The position numbers and the translations under genes were made by a program. DNA of 64,000 bases, taken from Entomortierella parvispora E1425 (Eukaryota > Fungi > Mortierellomycota). The notes beneath the pieces are model-generated. The model made no database searches. It had not been told where the DNA came from and worked only from the letters and a program-made list of their open reading frames with translations. The DNA is taken from contig BQFW01000015.1 of assembly GCA_020891255.1 (NCBI GenBank), forward strand, positions 1,922,001-1,986,000, given 5' to 3'. Positions 11,990 to 24,089 of this stretch are shown piece after piece. Numbering within the stretch: the first letter of the stretch is position 1; every line of letters begins with the position of its first letter.

Positions 11990-13800
11990 AGGAGGAGAGA
12001 GTAGAAGAGAAGAGATGAATGGAGACAGGGATGGTATTTGTCAGGCTGGCTCGATCAACAAGCAGCACAGCCCGGATAAACAGAGACAAAAAAGAATAGG
12101 AGATGGGAAGAAAGGAAGGACGGAAGCAATGAAGAGCAATGAATGTGGGTGCAGAGGGTGGGATGGATGGATGGATGGATGGATGAATGGATGACGACAA
12201 GGCAAAGAGAGAAAGAGAGGGAAAAGGGAAGGAAGGCAAAGATGGGTATGGACCCAAGGGACAAGGGACACAACCATTGGCCGTGCAAACACACACACAC
12301 AGACATTGCCCTCAGCCAACCGGGGGCAAAGTGCACACACAGGGGCCATTTGTCAGATGGGCCATTGCTGTCAGACAGACAGCAAGGCAGGCAGGCAGAA
12401 AGAGAGGGAGGCAGAAAGGGACGCAGGCAAAGAAGGATCGATCCTGTTGTTTGTTTTTGTGTCTGTGCAGCCGTGGGCGCAGGCAAAGGGATGGATTGGC
12501 CTACTAACACAGCCAGCCGTCGCCTGTGAAAAAAGGCCCGAGGAGCAAATTGCGGTAGTGTTGTAGTGTTGTTACTGGAGATGACAACGGAGCGCTCACA
12601 GCCAGGGGATGATCCGGTGTACAGGGTGCCAGGCTTCCCTACTGGAGACCAGCCGATATACTCATGCAGCCATGCAGGCCATGCAGGCCACGCTGCATAT
12701 CCACCTCCACAGCTGGAACGGGTGAGACGAGACAAATAACGAAAAGAACAGCACAGACAGGGGATCAGACCGCCCCTTTCTCGCGCGACACCACGACGCG
12801 TCCCGCACGCGGTTCTTCCGAGACTCACCGGGAGCCAGCTACTGCTGTCGGGTTGTCATAGTCGCTGTCTGGTCTTTGGAGGGGGGTGGGGATGGAGGAT
12901 AGAAAGAGAAGGGGGCATCTTGTCGTCAATTGGGAAAGAGGTCTCCCCAAGCACGGCCTTGGGTCGGTATCAGGGGCTGCCTTAGACGACGACGAGGAGA
13001 TCCTGGTCCTTGCCGTCTCAGCTTGTCATCCGTGCCCTCTCCTTTCATCATCACCACCACCATCGTCGTTCTCCTCTCCACCAACACCGCCCTCGTCCGT
13101 CGTCACTCTCCTCGCCTCTGCTTCTCTCCTTTTCACCTATCCGTGCGACAACCCGTTCGTTGGGAGCAAGAAGGTTGCTGACTCCACTCCCCCCTCTTCC
13201 TCCTCTTCTTCCCCTGCCTGCCTGCCTGCCTGCCCGTCCGTCCGACCATCGGATAGACAGAAACAAGCAAGCAAGCAGCACGCAATGACACGACAGACAG
13301 ACAGACAGACAGACAGAGAAGACCCCCCCCTTTCTTTTCTCTCTTTTCCCTCTTTTTTCTTCCCTGGAGTCCTTCAATGGCTTGTCAGTCGCCGTCTTTT
13401 TCTTTCTTTTCCTGTCCTTTCCTTTCCTTCCTTCCTTCGTCCCCCCTCCTCTTTCTTTCTCTTGTCCTTCACGCTCACACGATCCTGTTTTCTTTGCCAT
13501 CCATCTTGTCCTTCCTTTCATCCTTTAATCCATCCATCTGTTCATTCAATCATCCATCCGTCTGTCTGTCTATCCATCTACCCATCCATCCACCATCCAT
13601 TCCATCCTCGACTCACACATCTAATACCCGCCCACTCATTCACCCACCTATTCCACGCTTCCGCAGACACACCGACTGACAGACCCACAACCGACAGACC
13701 GATATACGACATCCTTTGCCACTGTCTTGACACAGCACAGCAGTTCATAGCCATCCAGCATTGCACAGCAGGACTTGGTCCTTCTTCGTCTTCGTCTACC
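11990..13800. repeat. Low-complexity divergent intergenic/5'-UTR region with (GATG)n, (CA)n, (GGCA)n, (GACA)n and (CATC)n microsatellites
   Basis: Short tandem repeats at ~12160-12190, 12290-12300, 12385-12395, 13215-13230, 13290-13315 and 13520-13600. The left half is purine-rich and the right half pyrimidine-rich on +, so each flanking gene has a CT-rich leader on its own strand. Confidence 0.8.
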
Positions 13801-13851
13801 CTGCCTAGTCCTCCACCCTCTTCCCTCCCCACGCATTCTCTAGGCTCTTCG

Positions 13852-16800
13852 ATGGCAGGGCAACCGCAGGTCCAGGGCTCGCCCTCTGTCCAGGCACTAG
13901 AGACCTCTGTCCAAGTCGGTAAAGTGTCGCACAGTCATTTTTCCTCGTTTGCTCCCCCTTTTGCTACTGTTTTTTTTCCTCTTTTCTTCTATCACCCGTT
14001 CCCGCTATGCTTTCATTGCATTTTATTCTCTCCCGGTCCCGGTGATGGGTGGGTGGGGGGCTGTTCCTTTCAAAAACAAACAACCCGACCCTTGTCACGA
14101 GCAGTATGGGCAGAGGGAAGAGGTCTGGTGCATGCAAAGCGCCAATCAACAGCAGCAACAACAACAAGAACCGCCACGAGGACAGACAAAAGACAAGACA
14201 CAGAGCGATGCATCCTACCTTTGGCTCATGTTCTCATGTGCGGATGATATCTTTCGACAAGAGAAACATACACAGTCAGCAGTCAACACACACTTGCAAC
14301 AAATGTTCTTCCTTCTCATTTGGACAACCCGCCCTTTTCCAGCTCTCAAAAGTGCTCTCAATGGGCCAAGCGTCCTCTGCATTCCCTTCCCTCCAAAAAC
14401 ATAACAACTGGCCCGACTGGACTAAATTGAAAAATGCCTGCGTGCGTGCCCCGACCAAACTGTCTGACCAACAAAAATGCATTTGCAAGCGAGCGAGGGA
14501 GGAAGAGACGAGAGACTCGACAAAGTTTTATAATTTGCTCAGCAAAAAAAGAAAAAACAATTGAACAACGCGCTAATCGATGCCTTGGCTCTCTCGCCTT
14601 GTTATTTCTTTTTTGTCTGCTTTAGCCCTCCGTATCAGACCCCTCGTCAATGAGTCAAAACTGGGCGTGAACCGAACGCGACAACGTCCCGAAACTGAAG
14701 TTCTATCTCTGATTGAGAGGTCTTCCACTCCACCCCTCAATGGATATTCAGGCACAGGATCGAACTGCGACTCACAACAACAGCAACCACAGCAAGTGGT
14801 TGTTGTCCCACTCCAAAGACACTTTACATTCGACCATATCTTTGGTACAGGTTCTTCACAGGAGGATGTCTACCAAGGGAGTGTCAAAAGAATGGTGGAC
14901 AAGTTTTTGGAAGGTATGTCATCATCCCACAACAACAACAACAGCAAACAAATGACAAACAAACAAACATTCAGGGCTGCACAAGTCAGCGCGACTGCAT
15001 TGAAAGGAGATACAGAACCACATCTAGACCTAGACCAGGAGGGGGTGCTACTTTCAGTCTCTCATTCTTCTTGGTGGCTGCATCCTACTTTACTGACCAC
15101 ATCATCATCAACCGCTCCTTCCCCTGGGAAACACCGCGTTTCGCAATAGGCTACAATGTCACAATCATGGCCTATGGACAAACATCCTCTGGAAAGACTT
15201 ATACTATGGGAACCGGAGCTCCTTCCACTGATGATCGTGGAAGTCCTTCCGAAGGTAAGGAACGGCAAACCCAAAGAGGTGAGGGCGTCTTTAGGTTGAT
15301 GTAATGTGTCATTCTAAGAAATCGGCATTTTCCCTCCAAAAAATCAGGTATCATTCCAAGGGCGATGAATCAACTATTTATGGAGGCAAAGAGACCACCA
15401 CCTGTCTACCCAGGATACAGGATTCCACCCTCAAAAACAACATTCCGAGTCTCGTTCGTGGAGATCTATAACGAAGATCTGATCGACTTGTTGGTCAAGG
15501 GCGACTTTCGACCACCAGTGACGATCCGAGAGGATGCCAAGGGCAATATTTTTTGGACGGGTGTCCAAGAAATCGTCGTCTCCTCTGTAGAAGAAGTGAT
15601 CCAGTATGTTTGTCGGGTTTTGTTTTTGTTTGGTTTCAATTTATCTTGTCTCTTTCAAGTCTGCACGTCTGTACGCCCTGATGTACCTTTGTATATATAC
15701 TCAACATTCCTTTGGGAATCGATTGTTTTCATCCCATTTTTTAGTCTTCTCTGGTTCGGATCCCAAAACCGACAGACGCATTCTACCGAAATGAACGAAA
15801 AGTCTTCACGATCCCATGCCATCTTCAGTATCACGCTAAGGCAGGAGAAGTTTGTACCGACGCATCCACCACCTGCCTCGGAAGTAGGACAGAATAATTC
15901 ACCCGCCTTCAGAAGGGCTCATGCAAAGACACCGAGTTTAGGCCACCTGCCTCTTCCGGGTTCTGCCGGTAATTCACTATCACCAGGATCCCCTTCGTCC
16001 TTGTCTTCTCCACGACCGGGAACTCCCACATCATTGGTGGGATCCACACCCTCCAGTATACCGGCACCCTTTGTCAGTGGAATTGTTGCCCCCGGATCCA
16101 AATTGAAGCGACAAAGCGCCATGGCCACTGACACCCTGACGGCTTCGTCCTCGTCTTCTTCTTTGGCTACTCTGCATCACGACGAAGCGTTCTTGCCCGA
16201 GCCCGAAGGAGACTGGGTAACGCTGAGCAGCAAGTTTCATTTCGTGGATTTGGCTGGTTCCGAGCGACTCAAGCGAACCTCCGCGATCGGTGACCGAGCC
16301 AAAGAGGGTATCAGTATCAATGCAGGATTGCATGCCCTCGGCAACGTCATCTCTGCCCTCGGAGATCCTAGCAAGAAGGCGAGCCATGTGCCCTATCGAG
16401 ATTCGAAACTGACACGTTTGCTGCAGGATTCTCTGGGCGGCAATGCGTTGGCATTGATGATTGCCTGTGTCAGCCCCAGTGAATTGAATTTAGGCGAGAC
16501 CCTGGTATGAACCTTGTGGTGTTTTTTTTTTTGGCAAACGTTCGTTTTTCCTTTTCTTTGTTGTTGTTCTCTAATCAAGAAATTCTCTTGTTTGTGCTAT
16601 CGTGCCGACTATTAGAACACTTTGAAATACGCCAACCGAGCCAGGAATATCAAAAACACATCCTCGCTCAACCAGGAGACCAACATGGACAATCCAGAAT
16701 ACTTACGGTCTATTATTCAAAAACTCAAGCTTGAAATCAAGGTTCTTAAAGAGAAATCCGCAGCAGCAGCAGCAGCAGCAGTGGCAGCAGGAGTGGAGGC

Positions 16801-19800
16801 CGCTGCAGGATCACCTACCCCCAGCAAGTCTGGGTTGCTTGACTCGGACCGGGGCCTGACCCCTTCGCCCTCGCCTCCTTCACGCAAGCTGAATCATTTC
16901 CACAGCCGAGAATCCATTTCGACCGACATCAGTCATGGCTATCTGGATTCTGTCCAGGAAGAAGAGGATGATGGTGATTCGCGGTACTCTGACGAATCCT
17001 CCTCGACTCAGACCATCGTCCTCAAAAATAGTTTGTCCAACCAAACCCTCAACGCCAACGAGGCCAACAACCATAACAACAGCAGCAACAAGGTCGCAGG
17101 AGCACCAGTGACAGCCGCTCGACCCAATACCTCAGCGTTGATCCCCTCCTCTGTCCAAGATTCAAAGTCTTTCCAAGAATTTGTAGAGCCCGTGATTGAG
17201 GAGTATGAGAAGGTCATTTCGGGTCTGGAGACTCATTTGGCCATGACCCAGGCTGCCCTCAACCATTCGGAATTGATCTTGGAAGAGCAACAAGGAAGAC
17301 TGGACGTGGTCGAGGACGAAAACAGGACCCTGCAACGGCAGAAGAGGGATCAATCCTTCCGATCCGCCCCTTCTTCTCCCACGCCGGAGCAACTGCAGCT
17401 TCAAACTGAATTAGAAACCGCCCTCCAGAAGGTTCAGGGGCAGCTTAAAGAGGCAGAGGACCGGAAGATCAAGGGCGAAAAGTATATTTCTGAACTGGAA
17501 GAAAGACTGGCTCAAGAGCAGGCAGCTGTTCAAGATCAGGTCCAAAAGGCATTGAAAGAGCGGGAAGAGTCTCTTCATCATCATCAGCAGATTCATACAC
17601 CCGCACTGTCGGACGCCTCGACCGACGTCAAAGATCAAGAAGTTCTTGTGCTCTTGGGAAGAATTCAGGACTTGGAGGAACAATGCCAACGGCACCAAAA
17701 GGAGGTTGACGTCAAGGCAGAAGCTTTGCGTCAGATCCAGGAGGAGCGATCTGCCGAATCCTCAGAGTCTAATGATTCCCTGATTCAAGAACTGGAGCAG
17801 GCCAAGATTACATTGGAAAAAGAGCTTGCGGCAGAAAAGTCCCGCCACGAGGCCATGGTGGCCGAGCTCGGTTCACTCCAAAAAGCTGCCCATCATGTTC
17901 GAACAGACAGCGCGCTTGAAGAAAGCGGCAAGGAGGATTTGATCCGTCAGCTCCAGATTGGTTCTACCTTCTCCAATGTAGAGTCGTCCCCCGAATCGGA
18001 TCTCCGAATCAAGGAGCTCGAGTCCGAATTGAAGGTTGCTCGCGCGACCGAAGTGGAACTGAAGGCAGAGACGGCCCAGTTGAACGAAAGGCTGGAGACT
18101 CTTCAGAAAGCACACCAGACGTCCTTGGAATTGGAGGAAATGCTCCACTTGGCTGTCTCGGATCTGGAAACTCGTTTGAGTGGATCTCAAGAGTCGGAAC
18201 GTCAGCACTTGGAGGAGCTTGAGCAAAACTTGGCTAGGATGCACGACCTAGAAGAGCGTTCTACGAAGGCAGAGCAAGAGGCGCTGCAAATGGTCGAGGA
18301 GCTCAAAGGAAAGCTCGCTGAGGCTAAAGCTTCAGCAGAAGAAAGACTTGCAGACGAGCTATTGGAGCTTCTCGAAAAGATGGAGCAGGAGCGTGCCAAA
18401 GTCGAGGCGCTCCAGACTCAAGTCGAAAACCACCTTGCAGAACTGGCCATTGCCCAATCTAGGGCATCAGAGCTAGAAACGGATCGGGATACTATCCAGG
18501 AACAATGGACAGCAGACAGAGAAAAGATCCTTGTCTTGGAAAAGCAAGTGGAAGAACATTCCGCTCTAGTTCAGGAGAAGGCAGAGTTGATTGCAGCCCT
18601 TGAAGGCCGTGTTGCAGCCCATGAAGGTACTCTGGCCATGAAATTGGAGCTGGAGCAAGAGTTGGAGGGGCGTGTCAAGGACCACAGTCTTGCACTTGAA
18701 TCCAAAGCGGCCGTCATTCAGGAGCTAGAAAAAAAGGTGCAGGATCTCGAGTCAACCCTAGGTGGCTCAAGCGAGTCTGTAGCCTTGGCAGCCAAGGTTC
18801 AAGAGGAACTGACAGAAGTACGCGAACAACTGTCAGTAAGCCAAGCCAAGACAAAGGAGCAGGAGGCTGTTCTTTTCGAGTTGAAAGAGAAGATCACTCT
18901 TCTTGAGGCAGAATCATTAGTTGCAGAAGACGATCATTCCACTCGACATGAAGAGCATGCTCAGGAGCTCCAAGCACTAGAGCGGAGGGTCAAGCTGGCA
19001 GAGGCAGACCGCGATGAGGCTGAGACCCGACTGGAGGAAGCCGAACGGAGACATCAGTCAGTGGATGAAGAGATCAGGTCTGTTCAGAATAACTTGGCTG
19101 TCCATCTGGCCACCATCGAATTGCTGCAAACACGACTCGCAGAGAGATCCCCACCTTCATCTCGCCCAGGCTCTATGAACTCCACGGTCAATCTTGCCAA
19201 TGGAGAAGATCCTACGGCCACGATCCAAAGGCTGGAGAAGGAAAAGTCTCGGTACCGGGCCTTGGTCCGAGAGAATGAAAAGGAGATTGAGCGTTTGAGT
19301 CAGGATTTGGAGTCGCTCGCATCTGAGTTCTCCGATGCGGCCACAGCATTTGAGGATGCCGAAGAAGAGATGAAGCTCAAGATCAACGAGCTCGAGTCGA
19401 TTCTCGAAGAGAGAAATCTGCTCAAGCCCAGCAATAAGTCTACTACCTCATTGGCCTCCTCTCTGGCGTCGTCCTATTCGGCCCGTCATCGTGAGGGTGG
19501 ACTTCACCCATCCTCAGCCTCCAGTTCAGCCACCAAGGCCCAGTTGGCTGCCTTGAAGACCGAGAGGGATCAAGCCCTCCAATCCTCGGAAGAGCTGTCG
19601 CAGATCGTAGCAGAGCTGAACGAAAAGAATCACAGCCTCCAGGAAAAGGTCCTCAACCTTGAGCGAGAGCAAGAGTCGATCAAACTTCAACACGTCTTGG
19701 AACGTCAACAACAGCAACAGCAACAACAAGAAGCACATGTACGCAACTTCAGGGATCGGACCGAGCGGCTGGACCGCAACGGTAGCCCTAGTCCCGTGGG

Positions 19801-20989
19801 CCTGATCCACGAAGAAAATGAGCAGACTCTTCGTCACAAGTCATCAACGAGCTCGTCCGAGAACCTTGGTGGCGGCTTTAGACCCGAGGATACCTTGGCG
19901 ACTCCACGACAGAGCTGGAGTACTGTCTCGAGTGTACAACAATCATCATCTGCCACTACTCCTCTCAATGGTACCAACCAGGTCCGACCCGGCCGCCATG
20001 AGTCAACTTTGATTCAGCAGGCCAAGCACATCAAGTTTTTGGAAGAGAAGATTGCAGAGTTGCAAAAGGCCAATGATGCCACTGGTGGTTCGCCTGTCCT
20101 CACAACTTCGGCCTCGGCAGGAGCGGGTGTTGGTCTGGGTATCCAGCACAAGGTCTCAGATTCGGAGCTGTCGAGATCCGCCTCCAGTCCCTTGATGAAT
20201 CGCCAGAGCACGGATCGGATGTCGCCTATTCTGCGTCTTGCGTCCCTGTCAACTGCAGCAGTGACACCGGCCACGCCACCTCCCACCATGCCTTTGCCCC
20301 CACTTCCTCCAACACCTACTGTCAAGACTGCACATTCTCACTTGACTGGAGGACACGGTGGACCTTCTTCACCACGTCTCAGTGGTCTTCCCACCCATAT
20401 CGATACGTCGGCACCCTCTCCCAGTGCTTCGCCTAGCATGCGTCCTTCGAGGACCGGATCTTATGGCGGAAAGACGGCCATTCGTCAATCGAGCTCGTCC
20501 AACCTTTCTGAATACGCAACTGCCAATGGCAGCAACAGCAATAACGGCTGGACTAGCCCCACTGGAAGTGTTGCCAGTATTTCGGCTGCGACTGCCCAGG
20601 CTTTGCAAGGCGTAGAGGTGAACGAGCTCCGTGGCGTGGTTGACACGCTGGCTCATCAAGTCCAAGCCCTCAAGGTGGAGCAGACCATGCACCAAGGCAA
20701 GATCCATCGCTTGGAGGCAGCTCTGGCAGAGACAGAGGAGAAGCTCAAGGTGTCTCGGGCCGACCGAGACACTATTTTGAGCGAGCGCGATCATCTGAGC
20801 CAAGAATTGCACCAGGCCCGTCAAGATCTCGAGTCGACCAAGTTCAAGGCAGAGAAGGATCGCCAAGGTCTAGAGGGAGCGGTTGAGAGAGAGAGACGCG
20901 AGAAGGAGCGAGCGTTGGAAACAAAGGCCATCATGGAATCTAGAATGGAAGATTTGATGGGCAAGAAGAGCAAGTTTGCTTGCTTTTGA
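13852..20989 (+). CDS. Kinesin-4 family (KIF4/KIF21/KIF27-like) motor with very long coiled-coil stalk
   Basis: Exon 1 13852-13918 (MAGQ...TSVQV) splices to 14626 (ALRIRPL). Motor motifs: FTFDHIF, P-loop [28 protein letters not shown], switch [12 protein letters not shown], switch [42 protein letters not shown]. The last exon is ~4.37 kb, E/K/Q-rich coiled coil ending KKSKFACF. Confidence 0.95.
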
Positions 20990-21749
20990 GACGAGGATGT
21001 CGGTCCCCACCATCGGGCGGCCGGAATGAACGACTAAAAAAGACAAGAAACCAAGTTCATTTCTTCAGACTAAAAAGAATCCTAATAAATTTTGTCCATA
21101 TGATACCCACCAACCACATTTCTCACTGTCTTTCCGCATCCTTCGGGCTTGTTGCCCTGCTCGGCAGCCGTCGCAGAACTCAGCTACAAAATCTCATGGC
21201 AACACAACTGTCATAACAGACACGGTGGACCATGACAAAGACAAGAAGACGGGAATGGAGTTTTTTTTTCTTTATTTCACAGCTGATGCATTTAACAGTC
21301 GCAGTTGTTTTTGTCCTTGACATCTTGGATGGTGCCAATGATCGAGCTCGAGTATCGGATCAGGATGGGCACTGTTAGTGCCGTGCTGGTCAATCAGATA
21401 TGGTTCTTGTGTTGCGGACAGTCCCTATGTGGACATAAGACTGTGCAATGGTCAGTGGACGCTGTCAAGACGCGGTTGACCTATTCTCCTGCTCCAGGGC
21501 AGGGGCTCCCTCGTCTTCCGTAACGATGACAGCCGCAGAGATGATTCTCAGGGTGATTCTCCTCCTTCGCCTCTACCTCCTTCATCACCTCTACCTTCAC
21601 CTTCACATTCATATTCACCGCTACGACTTCCACCTAAGCCTCAACCCTCATCATTACCAACACTTCCCCTATTCCCCTCTTCTAAAAATCAGCTCCCAAC
21701 CCCTCATCGAAAATTCACGTAGGCGACAATAGACGCCTTGTCATTAAAG

Positions 21750-22412
21750 CGGTTTTATCCGCTGCCATTACCTTGTACATGTCTGCTGGCAACTGGCCAG
21801 GTAGAATAAAGCGCTTTGTAAGCATCGAATTTCCACGCGGATGTGGGTCAGGAAGAGAAGGACGGCATCCATGATCCATTCATAAACACGTGGGTATTGT
21901 TCATAGACAAGAGCGGGGCCTGGAAGTAACCGGAGCTCGGCACAGCATCGGAAGTAGCCTCGATGGGCGGCAGAAAGAAGAACGGAGCTGTTAACGGTAA
22001 GCAACAAAAAAAAAAGAAACGTCTCTGGGACAAGTACCTCACCAAAGGCCGAGATCATCCCTCATACGCAAATCCAACCCATCAAAATAGCTAAAAGGAC
22101 ACACCAGTTTGCAGAGGAGGACAAGATGAAGGACTCCTAGAGCCTTTCGATCCTCACACCACATCTGGCTTTGTGCGCACTCTTCTTTGCCTAGGATGTG
22201 GAAGGTATAGGGTAGAGTTTGGATCTTGGACAAAGGCTTCAGAGGACTGGTGTAGTCGAGAGAGTGACTCTTGTTGTCCGGCGTTGACAGTCATCCTTTC
22301 ATTCTTGGGATGCAGAAACAAAAGCTCGGGCGCTTGCGCCTGTAGTAGGTAGACTCCTTTTCCCAGCACTGAATGGGCGGCGGTGCTACAAAGTTGTATG
22401 GAGAAGGTGGGC
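21750..22412 (-). pseudogene. Possible decayed spliced ORF of unknown family
   Basis: Acceptor at 22412 and intron 22037-21988 flank a frame of ~200 codons interrupted only by TGA at 22291, 22039 and 21848. Alternative frames are also partly open, and I recognise no family. Confidence 0.3.
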
Positions 22413-23072
22413 CTGCAGGGGGTGTCAGCGAGTGGAAATGCGACTGGAAATGATGAGCCAAGGGCGCACCCTTGTTTGTTTGGCTGGATTTCAAAATACC
22501 TTAAAACACACGCGAGCTGTGCTCTCGCGTCAATGTTGCACATGAGTGGTGAGTTGTGGAGCAACTTTCCTTAGGGTCAGGGTCATGGAATGGTAATGTG
22601 AATGTCAATGTGAATGTCAATGTGGAGTGGAGGAGTGATGAAGTGAAGGAGGAGGGTGAAGGAAGAAGGTGAAGGAAGAGAGAAAAGCGAAGCAGATAAA
22701 AAGCTGCCCTTTGCACAAGAAGTGGAGCTGTGTCCATCGGGTCTTTCTCGCCATGCAAATGTCTGGGCGCACTCTGGGCTTGAGGGGCGAGCCAGAAAGA
22801 AGTGGCATCCATGTACCCGTCAGCTCTGTCTCTAAAGTGCTCGGCGACGGGGCGTCGGAGCGATGAGCGGCGAATGGCTGCATGACCGCGCCAGAATGGA
22901 GAATCAAATGGCGAGGGTTGCATTCCACCATGGCTCATGCGAATCAGCAGCGTCCTCGTTTTTGTGCGTGAAGAACAGCACCATGTCAACAATGACGCGG
23001 CCAAGGAAAAAGAGGTCTCAGTTGTTTTTCATGCCGACAGACACATGCAAACAGCGGAGAGTGCCTTTTGGC

Positions 23073-23173
<101 letters not shown>

Positions 23174-24089
23174 GTGCTATGAAGGACTCTTTCAATGATT
23201 TTCTATCTACTTTGTGATATTACCCCTCATCCCTCTTAACTGCAACTCCACCCGTTCCTCTCATCCACGATCGATGGCCCAGGTCCTTGGCACTTGTTCA
23301 GGGGTGTCTCCTTCTCCTTAGCACTTACTACAAAACCATCCAGCTGCGGGTGGTGGCATCGAAGCAGAGGAGGATTGGCCGCTTTTTAAGGGGCCCATAT
23401 ATGAAATCCATAAATGCATGCATTTCGTTCGTCGCTTTTTTCAGCACTCTCCCCTCTTCCTTTTTTTGTCTTCACTTCTGATGATAGCATGGCTGGTAAG
23501 TGCCTTTCTTTGAACATCCATCACCCCTACTTTGCCTCTCGTTGTCGTTTCCTTTTGTATGTTTTATTGCTCTGCCATCACCCCTCCATTCCTTTCTTGT
23601 GATTCTCTTGCTTTCATGACCACCCTTCATTTCCACCTTTTTCCCACACATGTCACGTCATGTCGACTGCGCCATTCACTTCAAATTGCTGATTTCTCTG
23701 TTTCTTTCAACTTTCTTTTCTTCCACATAGCGGTAGCTTCAGACCTGGCCCAGTGCATCTACCTTTGACAAGCATGGCGCGCTTGCTGTGGTTCTTTTGG
23801 TAAGTTGTGGCTCAGTTATTGCCCCTTGTGTTACCTCTTTGTGGCTGTAAGCTGGTCGACATTTGTGTTTCTCACAAGTCTCTGCTGTTCTTTCACTTCA
23901 TCTTGAGCACTCTGCAGACCCCATCGCATCGGCTGGCTCCGTTGCGCAGCGCCGCTTTTTTCGCTGTTGGCCGTTAAACAAGTTAAGTTACTGTGGTTGT
24001 CCCCCCTTTTTACTCTTCCACCTCTTTTCTTTCTATGATCTCTCCTTCGGACCTATGTCTGCTGAGAGAGGTTCAAGGGAGCTTTTCGT

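Noticed and set aside
12886-14247. 453-aa ORF and overlapping long ORFs at 12.0-14.6 kb
   Set aside because: Products of CT-rich low-complexity and microsatellite sequence. Only 13852-13918 is coding (kinesin exon 1, in this frame); the rest is leader or intron.
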